From the NCBI GenBank assembly GCA_041660005.1, contig JBAZXG010000001.1:71689-135688 (forward strand): DNA of 64,000 bases, read 5' to 3'. Below the pieces are notes generated by a model, which saw only the letters and a list, made by a program, of their open reading frames with translations, did not search any database and was not told where the DNA came from. Source of the stretch: Patescibacteria group bacterium. Lineage in GTDB: Bacteria; Patescibacteriota; Patescibacteriia; GWA2-46-9. Position numbers and translations under genes: made by a program. Of the stretch, positions 8,973 through 18,973 are shown piece after piece. Position 1 is the first letter of the stretch; each line of letters starts with the position of its first letter.

Positions 8973-11642
8973 ATGACTGAGAAAGAAGCATTACCCAAGA
9001 GCTACGAGGCAAAAGCAATCGAAACCACCATCTATGAAGGATGGGAGGACGCTGGTGCATTTCTCCCTAAAAAACGAAAGGGCGGCAAAAAAGATCCCTT
9101 TGTTATATCGCTCCCTCCCCCAAACGCCACCGGTACGCTCCATTTGGGTCACGCCACCATGCTTGCCATTCAAGACATCATGGTTCGCTACCACCGCCTC
9201 TGCGGAGATGAGACGCTGTGGGTTCCCGGGACTGATCACGCGGCAATAGCCACACAGAACGTCGTTGAAAAAAAAATATGGAAAGAAGAGGGTAAAACGC
9301 GGCATGACGTCGGACGAGATAATTTGCTCCACCGCATCGACGAGTTCGTTGCCTCGTCGCGTGAAACCATTCGTTTGCAATTTCGACGCATGGGCGCTTC
9401 CTTGGACTGGTCGCGAGAACGATTTACGCTCGACGAAACGCTGAATCGCTGCGTGCGTCTCGTTTTCAAAATGATGCACGACGACGGGCTCATTTACCGC
9501 GGTAACCGCATTGTTAACTGGTGCACGCGCTGCCAAACAACGCTGGCTGACGACGAGGTTGAATACAAAGAAGAAAAAGCGCCGTTCTATCACTTCAAGT
9601 TTGGTCCCTTCTCTATCGGCACCGTGCGTCCAGAAACCAAACTGGGAGACAAGTATGTGGTGGTGCATCCAGACGATGAGCGCTTTACCAAGTACCACGG
9701 ACTCAAGCAAATGATTCCCTGGATTTCTGGCGACGTTGAGATGCAAGTGCTCCCTGATGAATCCGCCGACCCTGAAATGGGCTCGGGCGCCATGACCATC
9801 ACTCCGCAACATTCTTTTGCCGACTTTGAAACCGCAGAGAAACACGGTCTCGAAATAAAAGAAAATATTATTGGTCTAGATGGTAAACTCACCGCAGCTG
9901 CTGGTGAGTTTGCTGGCCTACCCGTAAAAGAGGCGCGGAAAAAGTTTGTCAAAATTTTAGAAGCAAAGGGACTCATCGAAAAAATTGACGAAGACTACGT
10001 ACACAACTTGTCAGTGTGCTACCGCTGCGGAACACCCATTGAGCCGCTCATCTCAAAGCAATGGTTCGTGGCGGTCAATAAACCCGTAGCACGCCTCAAT
10101 GGCAAAACATTGCGTGAACGTGCTGAGGAAGTGGTAAAAAACGGCGACATCACCATACTTCCAGAAAATTTCTCTAAAATATATCGACACTGGATGGCGA
10201 ACCTGCACGATTGGTGTATTTCGCGACAAATTTGGTACGGACACAGAATTCCCGTGTGGTATAGAGGGCAAGTCAAAATTCAAAAGTTAAAAGTTAAAAC
10301 TGCAACTTCAAAAATAATAACTAAAAATGATTTAGAAATGTATGTTGGTGTAACAGCGCCAGAGGGCGAGGGTTGGGAACAAGACCCTGATACTCTCGAC
10401 ACCTGGTTTTCGTCAAGCATGTGGACGTTCTCGACACTACTCAACGCTTCCGAAGAAGCCCCAACACTCAACGACTGGCTCGCTAAAAGCGACGACTTCA
10501 AACGCTACCACCCCACTTCGGTTCTTGAAACGGGTTACGACATTCTAAACTTCTGGGTAGCACGCATGATTCTTATGACCACCTACGCTGTGGGGCAAAT
10601 CCCCTTCCATACGGTGTACCTCCACGGCCTCGTGCGCGATAAAGAAGGAAGAAAAATGAGTAAGTCACTAGGTAACGGCATCGACCCCGTTGCCATGATT
10701 GAAAAATATGGCGCTGACGCAGTGCGGTTGTCCTTGGTCATTGGCACCACCCCAGGAAATGATATACGCCTCTTTGAAGAAAAAATTGCCACCTACCGAA
10801 ACTTCGTCAACAAGCTTTGGAATATCTCCCGCTACATTCTCATGACAACAGAGGTAACAAAAGAAACGCCCAAAGCCACAACTGCCGCTGATCTTTGGCT
10901 TTTGCGAACATTCGACGAACTTAAAATAAGTGTTGATGAGCACATTGCAAACTACCGCTTTTCAAGCGCTGGCGAAGAACTCTATGAGTTTACCTGGCAC
11001 GAACTGGCAGATTGGTATGTTGAAATCGCTAAAATTGAGGGCGGTAAAGACGCCATACTCCGCTCCATCCTCAAAGAATTACTGGCGCTCTGGCACCCCT
11101 TCACGCCTTTTGTGACTGAGCACATTTGGCGCCATCTTGGCGAGCGCGAACTTCTTATCACGAATGCCTGGCCAAACATTCCAACAAAAAAACATCTAGA
11201 GACACCGCACACCGAAACTCAAGAAGCTGTTGAAACAATGAGCTCTCTGCAATGGATTATAAAAACGATCCGTGACCACAAACAAAAATTTGGCAATGAT
11301 ACCGTATACACTATTGCCACAAACGAATTCTCTCGTTTCCAGGAACAAAACGAAATCATTCAAAGACTTACCAGAACAAACGTGAACTATGCCGACAGCG
11401 CACCTTCTGACAGTGTTGTTGTGAACAGTCTTGGAAGCATTACCATTTTTTGCCTTGGTAATGTTACACTAGACAAAGAGAAGATAGAGAAAGAACGCGA
11501 GGAAACAGAAACACAAATCCGGCAAATCGAAACCCGTCTAAACGACAAAGAATTTCGAGCAAAAGCACCGCAGGCAATTATTTTGAAAGAAGAGACGCGT
11601 CTAGCAAAAGCCAAAGAACGCCTCGACAAACTTACCCAATAA
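8973..11642 (+). CDS. valS: Valine-tRNA ligase
   Basis: PPPNATGTLHLGH, WCISRQIWYGHRIP, DTWFSS, KMSKS and a C-terminal coiled coil. Start placed at MTEKEALPKSY. Confidence 0.97.
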   Translation: MTEKEALPKSYEAKAIETTIYEGWEDAGAFLPKKRKGGKKDPFVISLPPPNATGTLHLGHATMLAIQDIMVRYHRLCGDETLWVPGTDHAAIATQNVVEKKIWKEEGKTRHDVGRDNLLHRIDEFVASSRETIRLQFRRMGASLDWSRERFTLDETLNRCVRLVFKMMHDDGLIYRGNRIVNWCTRCQTTLADDEVEYKEEKAPFYHFKFGPFSIGTVRPETKLGDKYVVVHPDDERFTKYHGLKQMIPWISGDVEMQVLPDESADPEMGSGAMTITPQHSFADFETAEKHGLEIKENIIGLDGKLTAAAGEFAGLPVKEARKKFVKILEAKGLIEKIDEDYVHNLSVCYRCGTPIEPLISKQWFVAVNKPVARLNGKTLRERAEEVVKNGDITILPENFSKIYRHWMANLHDWCISRQIWYGHRIPVWYRGQVKIQKLKVKTATSKIITKNDLEMYVGVTAPEGEGWEQDPDTLDTWFSSSMWTFSTLLNASEEAPTLNDWLAKSDDFKRYHPTSVLETGYDILNFWVARMILMTTYAVGQIPFHTVYLHGLVRDKEGRKMSKSLGNGIDPVAMIEKYGADAVRLSLVIGTTPGNDIRLFEEKIATYRNFVNKLWNISRYILMTTEVTKETPKATTAADLWLLRTFDELKISVDEHIANYRFSSAGEELYEFTWHELADWYVEIAKIEGGKDAILRSILKELLALWHPFTPFVTEHIWRHLGERELLITNAWPNIPTKKHLETPHTETQEAVETMSSLQWIIKTIRDHKQKFGNDTVYTIATNEFSRFQEQNEIIQRLTRTNVNYADSAPSDSVVVNSLGSITIFCLGNVTLDKEKIEKEREETETQIRQIETRLNDKEFRAKAPQAIILKEETRLAKAKERLDKLTQ
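10269..10334. repeat. A-rich heptamer-type repeat inserted in frame in valS
   Basis: Its reverse complement TTTTGAAGTTGCAGTTTTAACTTTTAACTTTTGAATT matches intergenic copies at ~16680-16732 and ~47435-47473. Confidence 0.7.
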
Positions 11643-11646
11643 CCCT

Positions 11647-12870
11647 ATGCCGAAACGCATTGCCACTGACAACAGGACCATTGCTCACATTCTTGACCGC
11701 TCCACGGTTACTATTATTGACCGCAAAAACTTAGAGAAGCGCCTCAAGTCAGGAAAACCTTTGCGCGTTAAACTCGGCATTGACCCGACCGGACCAAACC
11801 TTCACCTTGGTCACGCGGTACAACTGCGCAAATTAAAACAGTTCCAGGATGCCGGTCACAAGGTGGTCATCGTTATTGGTGATTGGACCGCCCGCATCGG
11901 CGACCCGACTGAGCGAAACGAAATGCGCCCGCAGCTCACCGCGGTGGAAGTGAAAAAAAACACCAGGGAGTACCTGAAACAGCTTTTCCTTATTTTGAAC
12001 AAAAAAGAAACAGAAGTCGTCTGGCAGAGCTCTTGGTTCAATAAGTTCGGCCTCGACGACGTGTTCGATCTCTTGTCGAAATGGACAGTAAGTCAGCTCC
12101 TCGACCGCGATGATTTCAAAAAACGCCTGAGTGACGGCACTGAAGTTGGCTATCACGAGCCCATCTACTCTTTACTGCAAGCGTATGACTCAATCATGGT
12201 GAAAGCTGATGTCGAAATCGGAGCAACCGAACAACTTTTCAATCTGTTGCGCGGCCGTGATCTTCAGAACATGCAGCAACAAACACCACAAGAAATTATG
12301 ACCCTCGATATTTTGATCGGCCTTGATGGTAAACGAAAAATGGGAAAGTCTCACAATAACTACATTGCCTTACTCGATAGCGGTGAAGAAATGTATGGAA
12401 AAGTCATGTCCATTCCGGACGAACTCATCCCCCACTACTTTGAGCTCACAACAGAACTTCCCGACGCAGAGGTAACGAATATTAAAAAACGTCTACAAGA
12501 GTTAACGGTGAACCCCCGCGATCTTAAAATGCGTCTGGCCAGAGAAATCGTTACGCTTTACTACGATGCTAAAACCGCGAAGGCGGCTGAACAACAATTC
12601 ATTAACGTCTTCCAGAAAAAAATCATGCCCGAGCACATTGAAGTCGTGTTACTCTCTTCGTGGCCAAATACACTTGCACATGCTGTCGTCGCGACGACGC
12701 TCGCGCACAGCATGAGCGAAGCGAGACGCACCATTGAACAGGGCGGTATAAAAATCAATGGTGAAGTTGAAAAAAATCCCAATAAAACGCTTCCTAAAAA
12801 CGCTGATTTGGTGCTCTCTCGTGGTAAGCGGCTCTTCAAAAAAATAGCGCTTAAAAATGCCGCAACATAG
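11647..12870 (+). CDS. tyrS: Tyrosine-tRNA ligase
   Basis: KLGIDPTGPNLHLGH, IGDPT, LLQAYDS, KMGKS, C-terminal S4 domain. Confidence 0.97.
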   Translation: MPKRIATDNRTIAHILDRSTVTIIDRKNLEKRLKSGKPLRVKLGIDPTGPNLHLGHAVQLRKLKQFQDAGHKVVIVIGDWTARIGDPTERNEMRPQLTAVEVKKNTREYLKQLFLILNKKETEVVWQSSWFNKFGLDDVFDLLSKWTVSQLLDRDDFKKRLSDGTEVGYHEPIYSLLQAYDSIMVKADVEIGATEQLFNLLRGRDLQNMQQQTPQEIMTLDILIGLDGKRKMGKSHNNYIALLDSGEEMYGKVMSIPDELIPHYFELTTELPDAEVTNIKKRLQELTVNPRDLKMRLAREIVTLYYDAKTAKAAEQQFINVFQKKIMPEHIEVVLLSSWPNTLAHAVVATTLAHSMSEARRTIEQGGIKINGEVEKNPNKTLPKNADLVLSRGKRLFKKIALKNAAT

Positions 12871-14608
12871 TAGTTCTATCACAACTGCAAAAGATGCTTT
12901 TGCCAAGCTCATTAATGCCGCGGTCACAAAAACGGAGGCAACCGCCCATGTTAACGGTGACGAAATAACAGAAGCTGACGTTCGCCATGGCGACTTGTCT
13001 TTTGCACTACATCGGCTGGCACAGCAGCTACAAAAAAATCCCGTCGAACTGGCAGCAACACTTACCGCGATCTCAGAAAAACTGCTTACCGAAGCACCAA
13101 CCGACTACGCGTCCATCGCCTCGGTGACGGCGACTGGGCCGTACTTGAACGCGCGTCTCGACCAAACTGCGTTTGCTGACTCAACCGTAAAAGCGGCGCT
13201 ACACAAAAAATTTACTGCGAGCCCGAGCGCCAAAAAAAAATACCTTCTTGAATACGTTTCGCCGAACACCAACAAACCGCTCCATCTGGGGCACCTCAGA
13301 AACGCGGCACTTGGCTGGAGTATTGGAGAACTTTTGAAAGCGACCGGCAGCAAAGTTGTGCGTGCTCAAGTTGTCAACGATCGCGGCATCCACATCATGA
13401 AGTCGCTTCTCGCTTACGAGCGCTGGGGCAACAATGAAACGCCAGAATCGAGCGGGCTAAAGGGTGATCACCTTGTTGGCAAATACTATGTCCGTTTTTC
13501 GAACGAGGAAAAAGAAAACCCAAAGTTGATTGAAGAAGCTCAAGTATATCTCAAACGCTGGGAAGAAGGCGACCAAAAAATTCGTGCACTCGGAGCGCAA
13601 CTGAACGCCTGGGCCGAACAGGGCTACGAGGAAACCAGCAAACGCTTTGGTATTGCCTTTGATCGCACGGATCACGAAAGTGAACTCTACGAAGCCGGGC
13701 GAAAAATTGTTATGTCAGCGCTGAAACAAGGTCTCGTCAAAAAACGCGAAGACGGTGCCATTGTTGCTGACCTCTCCGCCGAAGGGCTGGAAGAAAAAGT
13801 GCTCTTGAGATCCGACGGAACAACCGTGTATGTAACGCAAGACCTGGCGCTCGCCAAAAAGCGACTCGCCAAAGAGAAACCAGACGCAATGCTCTACGTC
13901 GTCGGCCAGGAGCAGGATCACCAGTTTAAAATACTCTTTGTTCTTCTCGAACGTTTTGGTATCGCCAAGGCGTCAGAGCTCATGCACCTCAGCTACCACT
14001 GGGTACTCCTGCTTGAAGGTAGAATGAAATCGCGGGAAGGCACGGTGGTCGACGCAGATGATTTACTGAACGAACTACACAGACTGGCATTGAAAGAACT
14101 AACCGCGCGCAAGCAAGATTTACCAGAACAAGAACTAAAGCGCCGAGCTGAAGTTATTTCAAACGCTGCCATAAAATTTTATTTACTAAACGTCCGACCG
14201 AAAGTAAGCATTCACTTTGACCCCAAGGCGTCTATCTCCTTCACGGGCCGTACAGGACCGTATCTCCTGTACACACTCGCCCGAATCAAAAGCATTCTCA
14301 GAAAAGCGGATGTTCGCACGCGCGACACCAAACCGCGGAGCGTCACAGAAAAAGAGTGGATTGTTGTGCGTGACCTCGCGCGTTATGGTGAGATTATAGA
14401 ATCTGCGGCAAAGAATAACGACCCGTCTGACGTCGCCGACTATGCCTACACTTTAGCCCGTTCCATTACGGCATTCTACGAAGCTGATCCGGTGCTCACC
14501 GCTGAACCGCAGGTGCGCGCTTGGCGTCTCAATTTACTGTCAGCGTCGGTAGCCACGCTCACGCACGCGCTCTCTCTTCTCGGCATCACAGCACTTGAAG
14601 AAATGTAA
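12857..14608 (+). CDS. argS: Arginine-tRNA ligase
   Basis: EYVSPNTNKPLHLGHLRN, RSDGT, MKSREG, GRTGPYLLY, C-terminal EEM. Confidence 0.97.
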   Translation: MPQHSSSITTAKDAFAKLINAAVTKTEATAHVNGDEITEADVRHGDLSFALHRLAQQLQKNPVELAATLTAISEKLLTEAPTDYASIASVTATGPYLNARLDQTAFADSTVKAALHKKFTASPSAKKKYLLEYVSPNTNKPLHLGHLRNAALGWSIGELLKATGSKVVRAQVVNDRGIHIMKSLLAYERWGNNETPESSGLKGDHLVGKYYVRFSNEEKENPKLIEEAQVYLKRWEEGDQKIRALGAQLNAWAEQGYEETSKRFGIAFDRTDHESELYEAGRKIVMSALKQGLVKKREDGAIVADLSAEGLEEKVLLRSDGTTVYVTQDLALAKKRLAKEKPDAMLYVVGQEQDHQFKILFVLLERFGIAKASELMHLSYHWVLLLEGRMKSREGTVVDADDLLNELHRLALKELTARKQDLPEQELKRRAEVISNAAIKFYLLNVRPKVSIHFDPKASISFTGRTGPYLLYTLARIKSILRKADVRTRDTKPRSVTEKEWIVVRDLARYGEIIESAAKNNDPSDVADYAYTLARSITAFYEADPVLTAEPQVRAWRLNLLSASVATLTHALSLLGITALEEM

Positions 14609-14610
14609 TC

Positions 14611-15450
14611 ATGTTTCATTTTTTACATACGTTCACACCAACACCGATCATTGCTGTTGTTGGACCGTTTACGTTGTACTGGTATGGACTTGGGTACCTC
14701 GTCGCCATTGCTGCGGCATACCTCCTGGTTAATCATGCGCTCCGCCGCATCTCGAGCAAAGAAGCACTGTACCTCACGGAGCACTTACCAACGTTCACCG
14801 TCGGTCTTGTTGTCTCAGGCATTATTGGCGCGCGGCTTTACCACGTCATAACACAATGGTCGATTTATTACAGCGCACACATCGATAAAATTTTTGCCGT
14901 AAACGAAGGCGGCCTTGCTATACACGGCGGGCTCATTGGCGGCCTTGCGTTTCTTTGGTGGTATAGCAAGAGAATCAAGAGAGACGACGGGAATAATTCA
15001 CTCCTCTGGTTGCTTGATCTTATTGCACCGGCAGTTCTCCTCGGTCAAGCGATTGGGCGGATTGGCAACTACTTCAACCAAGAACTTTTTGGACTGCCAA
15101 CCAATTTACCCTGGGGCATTCCAATTGCTCTTGAACATCGACCGGAGCTTTTTTTAAATGTTACCTACTTTCACCCGACGTTCTTATATGAATCTTTATG
15201 GGATCTTGTTGGGTTTCTTGTCATTTACTGTTGGCAAAAACGGCTATTACAGAAAAATAAGTTAGGCACTGGACTTGTAGTATTCCCCTACCTCGTCTGG
15301 ATGGGACTTGGGCGTATACTTGTAGAGCTTATACGCACAGAACCAGCTCCCCTACTTTGGGGAGTGAGACTGCATCAGATAATATCGATTTTAATCGTGC
15401 TCATCGGTATCACAGGACTAGCTACCCTTTTCAATAAACGTAGAGTATAA
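14611..15450 (+). CDS. lgt: Prolipoprotein diacylglyceryl transferase
   Basis: WYG, GARLYHV, GGLAIHGG, GQAIGRIGNYFNQE, HPTFLYES. Confidence 0.95.
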   Translation: MFHFLHTFTPTPIIAVVGPFTLYWYGLGYLVAIAAAYLLVNHALRRISSKEALYLTEHLPTFTVGLVVSGIIGARLYHVITQWSIYYSAHIDKIFAVNEGGLAIHGGLIGGLAFLWWYSKRIKRDDGNNSLLWLLDLIAPAVLLGQAIGRIGNYFNQELFGLPTNLPWGIPIALEHRPELFLNVTYFHPTFLYESLWDLVGFLVIYCWQKRLLQKNKLGTGLVVFPYLVWMGLGRILVELIRTEPAPLLWGVRLHQIISILIVLIGITGLATLFNKRRV

Positions 15451-15488
15451 TTTATTCGTCAGATTATTTTGAAAAGCAACATAGACTT

Positions 15489-16034
15489 ATGAAAAAAATA
15501 ATAGGTACAGTAGCGTTGGTCGCTCTATTTTTGGGTGTACTCAGTTTTTCTCCTTCTAAGGCGTTGGCGGTGAGTGGAACATGCGACTGCTTCAATGATA
15601 CGACGGGAGCTGCTGTCGGGACATGGCAAAAAACTGAGGAAGAGTGCACTGCGATGGACCAGTCTCAATCGGCGAGCATAAATTGCTTTTTTACTGCGGA
15701 TAACACCGGAGTGGGCGGCAACACCGGTGTGGGTGGTAATCAACAAGCTGGAGCCGGGAAAACAGTCACGCTCAAAAACCCCCTCGGCGAAACTGATGTG
15801 CGCGTCATTATCGGCCGCATCATTCGTGTTGCTCTTGGCATTGTCGGCTCCCTTGCGCTCCTCATTATCATCTACGGCGGGCTTACCTGGCTAACGTCAT
15901 TTGGAAACGATGAGCGCGTTAAGCAAGGTCGTGACACGCTCGTCTGGGCGGCAATAGGTCTTGTGGTCATTCTCACGAGTTACGTTGTGGTAAATTTCTT
16001 ATTTACCGGGATTGCTGGGTTGTCAGGATCATAA
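15489..16034 (+). CDS. CPR pilin-like protein (TrbC/VirB2-like C-terminal hairpin) with a Cys-rich variable N-terminus
   Basis: Signal peptide; NPLG...IIYGGLTWLTSFGNDERVKQGRDTLVWAAIGL..SY pattern; NTGVGG repeated twice. Confidence 0.8.
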   Translation: MKKIIGTVALVALFLGVLSFSPSKALAVSGTCDCFNDTTGAAVGTWQKTEEECTAMDQSQSASINCFFTADNTGVGGNTGVGGNQQAGAGKTVTLKNPLGETDVRVIIGRIIRVALGIVGSLALLIIIYGGLTWLTSFGNDERVKQGRDTLVWAAIGLVVILTSYVVVNFLFTGIAGLSGS

Positions 16035-16054
16035 ATTTAATTTGTTGCTTAAAT

Positions 16055-16080
16055 ATAAACCCGCCACACGGCGGGTTTAT
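16055..16080 (+). terminator. Intrinsic terminator
   Basis: ATAAACCCGCC-ACAC-GGCGGGTTTAT followed by an AT-rich tail. Confidence 0.75.
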
Positions 16081-16111
16081 TATTTTCCAAAAAGTTTTTT
16101 CAAAAAAAATT

Positions 16112-16558
16112 TTAACCTGGCCATTGCATGGCCGGAGGTTGTCTATTTCTTTGTGCGGGCAAAGAAATAGACGAAAGAAAGCCCGCCCCGCATCGACGCT
16201 CCTGGTCAGCAGCCATTTCGAAACGAACACGGCGGCAATGAACTCGCTTTCAGCTCAAACAGCATTGCCGCTCTCTCGTGTTCGTTTCGTCCGTCTGCTC
16301 TCCCCGGTCGATGAGGGGGTTTGTGAAACAAGAGTGCAAAGCCCATAGGATCGGCGTCGGTAATGATTAGCGGAGAGAACCGAAAGAATGGTCGTGCTGT
16401 TTGACCCTGAGCGAAGTCGAAGGGGAGTTCACGACCATCGGTTTTCGGAGTGCAGTCATGCCCCAGCCGAGTCCTCAGGGTGTCTTTCTTTCCGTCCACT
16501 TTCTTGGACAAGCAAGAAAGTGGACAACTAGTCTCGAGGCCGGAGGCCGAGGACGTTA
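16112..16558 (+). mobile_element. ~450-bp multi-hairpin non-coding element, full copy 1
   Basis: Homologous to 29003-29415 (inverted) and 47057-47362 (right half); stems show compensatory changes. Confidence 0.8.
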
Positions 16559-16745
16559 TGTTCGTAGAGTGAAAAAATTCCCATAAGATCAATGTTGGTA
16601 GTGACACGTACAAAGAGAGCCACTAACCCTTAGTGTCTGGTCGTGACAGTGAGATCAGAGTCTACGGTGTTGGTTCACAGTTATTTACTTTTAACTTGCA
16701 GTTTTGCCTTTTGCCTTTTAATTTTTGAATTATCCCCTTTTATAT

Positions 16746-16909
16746 TTGACATTTCCCCCGATTTGTGCTAGGATGCCAGGTTCTTTTAGAAATGTGCCAC
16801 CAGCATATTTCTAGAAGGATGGTCAGTCCCGCTCATTGAAAAGTGAATAGGATTGAACACCGCGCAAACCTGGCGTGGTGTACTTTCGTGTTCGAAAGTT
16901 CACGAAAGT
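16746..16909 (+). promoter_or_regulatory. Sigma70 promoter and structured leader of the 17025-20394 orphan operon
   Basis: TTGACA-N17-TAGGAT at 16746-16774, followed by three consecutive hairpins. Confidence 0.6.
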
Positions 16910-17024
16910 CCATCAAAGGTAAAAATAAATAATCCAAACCGGACCGCTACACCAAGCGGCAACCGCCACCTTATCAACTCACTAGCAAGTCGCGCACGAT
17001 CGGCGACAAGGAGCGAGAACTCAA

Positions 17025-18098
17025 ATGGCAGGAAGAGCGGGTCGAGGAGACCCAGGTGGTGGTGCGGGAGACCCGAACGGGGTACCCGAGTCGCTTCGGA
17101 TAGACGGAATACGTCTCTGGACTGAAGCGCGTGCAGGCGGAACCTACGCCGCACACGCAGTGGTACGGACGACGCAAAACCGAAAGACCGTAACGAGACA
17201 GGCCGCACTCACGGTAAATGGCATTGCGAGAAACGATGCCGGCGCCGTGAGCGAAACGAACGCCAGGGATGGGCAGACCATCCTGACGACAATCGTGGAT
17301 CCTGTCGTCGACGGACTTTCGGTCGAGGTCAACGCCTTCATTGTCGGAACAACGGTCACAGCAACTCCGCGGCGACTGCTGTTCACTGGTACCACGGCTG
17401 TGGAAATCAAACCAGTGAAAACAGTCACGGCACGGACGACGGGTGCGAAGAGTGACATGCACCACGTTCCAGTCGGACTGTTCGATGAGAACGGATCCCC
17501 GACAATCGGAACGGCACGGGCACTCTACGGCGACTGCGCTGTGGACCACTGCATCGGTCTCGGCGGTCTCGTGCTCCCGTTCACCGTTCCCGACGGCGAG
17601 ACGCTGGCAGTCACGATCGAGTCCCCTGGAGCAGCACCAATAACGGTAGCGCTTCAAGGGCGCGACAAGCCGAGTCCCCCGCCGCGACCAGCGAAAGTTC
17701 AGCTGGCGGCGCTGCCGACGACGTGGGACGCAACGACCGGTGCAAGCAGCACGATTTCAACACCCCGCGCCTACGACAGCAACGGTGACGGAGTCGAGTG
17801 CCATCTCTTCTTCGCTACCAAGAGACCCGTCAGGATGATCGTTCGCGAGGACGGAAAAAGGACGATCACACACAACAACGTACGGGCTTTCGACTTCCAT
17901 GTGAAAGCAAAGCCCACAACGAGCTGTGAGTTCGTCAACGTTCACGAAGAACACATTGAAGTGAACTGCGATGTCCTCGGACTCGACGGCGCAATCGATA
18001 ACATGGTACTGCCTGCCGCCGAACCCCGACCCGGGGAATGGCGCGCCGACATGACCAAAACGGAAAAGCGGCGATACTATCGCCTGGGAGGCAAGTGA
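17025..18098 (+). CDS. Hypothetical protein (357 aa, beta-rich, Pro linker)
   Basis: Long ORF with AAGGAG upstream, coupled by TGATG to the next gene. Confidence 0.7.
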   Translation: MAGRAGRGDPGGGAGDPNGVPESLRIDGIRLWTEARAGGTYAAHAVVRTTQNRKTVTRQAALTVNGIARNDAGAVSETNARDGQTILTTIVDPVVDGLSVEVNAFIVGTTVTATPRRLLFTGTTAVEIKPVKTVTARTTGAKSDMHHVPVGLFDENGSPTIGTARALYGDCAVDHCIGLGGLVLPFTVPDGETLAVTIESPGAAPITVALQGRDKPSPPPRPAKVQLAALPTTWDATTGASSTISTPRAYDSNGDGVECHLFFATKRPVRMIVREDGKRTITHNNVRAFDFHVKAKPTTSCEFVNVHEEHIEVNCDVLGLDGAIDNMVLPAAEPRPGEWRADMTKTEKRRYYRLGGK

Positions 18099-18973
18099 TG
18101 ATGACCATACCACAGGTGGCGCTTTACATCGCCATCATGGTTCTCGGAATGGTTGCCTTCGGGTGGCCGTTCTGTGAGTTCGTACTCGTGATGACGCTCA
18201 TAGTCATTGGCATCTTTGCTGTCCTCTTCTGGCAACGCCGGACAGAGTGGCAGGAGTTGCCGGAAGACGTGCGTTCAGCGCGAGAAAACAGAACCGAATA
18301 TTGGCTCGCGATGACGGGTCGTTTCCCGTCCAATAACATCGTCTGGTGCGGTTGGATTGCAGCGGCAATGCTCTCGAGCATCATCGCCGTAACTCATCCA
18401 GGTCCAAGCGCGATTGACTACCTCACGGCGCCGCAATCGTCGCGGGCGAGAGAAATCACGCAACAGACCGACCGAGAAATCGCTGCCTTGTGGCATCTCG
18501 CCAAAACGGGAAGTTTCAGCGGCGGCGAGTCGGTCACAACCGAAGACGAAGCGAAGGAAGCTGGTGACTGGCGACGGTGGCCGATGAGTCTGTACATGTG
18601 GTTCATGGCCCTCGTCCTCCTCGTCCCGACCATCTGGGACGAACTGAGGGAAGCGGGAAGAAGCGCTGTCGATCATACGTACCGCCACTTTGGTGGTAAC
18701 GTCACGATCACAGGACCTGGAGCCGGCTTCGCAACAAGCCTGCTCAACGCGGCGGCACGTCGCGCTGGAACCACGCTAACGTTGCCGACCACACCCCCAA
18801 CCCCTGCTCCCGCACCCGTACTGGGCGCACCGCCATCAACCGGCTCGTCCATTGACCGTGCGGTTGCATCAATCACGTCGAGCACGTTCCTACAACACGT
18901 GCTCGCCAGCCTGATCCCGGAATTACTCGACCGAGTATCCTGGGGTCGTATCCTGCATAGGAGAACAGCATGA
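18098..18973 (+). CDS. Hypothetical membrane protein with a Pro/Thr-rich C-terminal region
   Basis: About four hydrophobic segments; TGATG and ATGA overlaps with its neighbours. Confidence 0.7.
   Translation: MMTIPQVALYIAIMVLGMVAFGWPFCEFVLVMTLIVIGIFAVLFWQRRTEWQELPEDVRSARENRTEYWLAMTGRFPSNNIVWCGWIAAAMLSSIIAVTHPGPSAIDYLTAPQSSRAREITQQTDREIAALWHLAKTGSFSGGESVTTEDEAKEAGDWRRWPMSLYMWFMALVLLVPTIWDELREAGRSAVDHTYRHFGGNVTITGPGAGFATSLLNAAARRAGTTLTLPTTPPTPAPAPVLGAPPSTGSSIDRAVASITSSTFLQHVLASLIPELLDRVSWGRILHRRTA

Noticed and set aside
16124-16613. ORFs at 16206-16613, 29018-29248 and 46780-47250 sharing SKKVDGK..TLR.RL..DCTP
   Set aside because: They are translations of the non-coding element; starts and stops are not conserved and variation follows base pairing rather than codons
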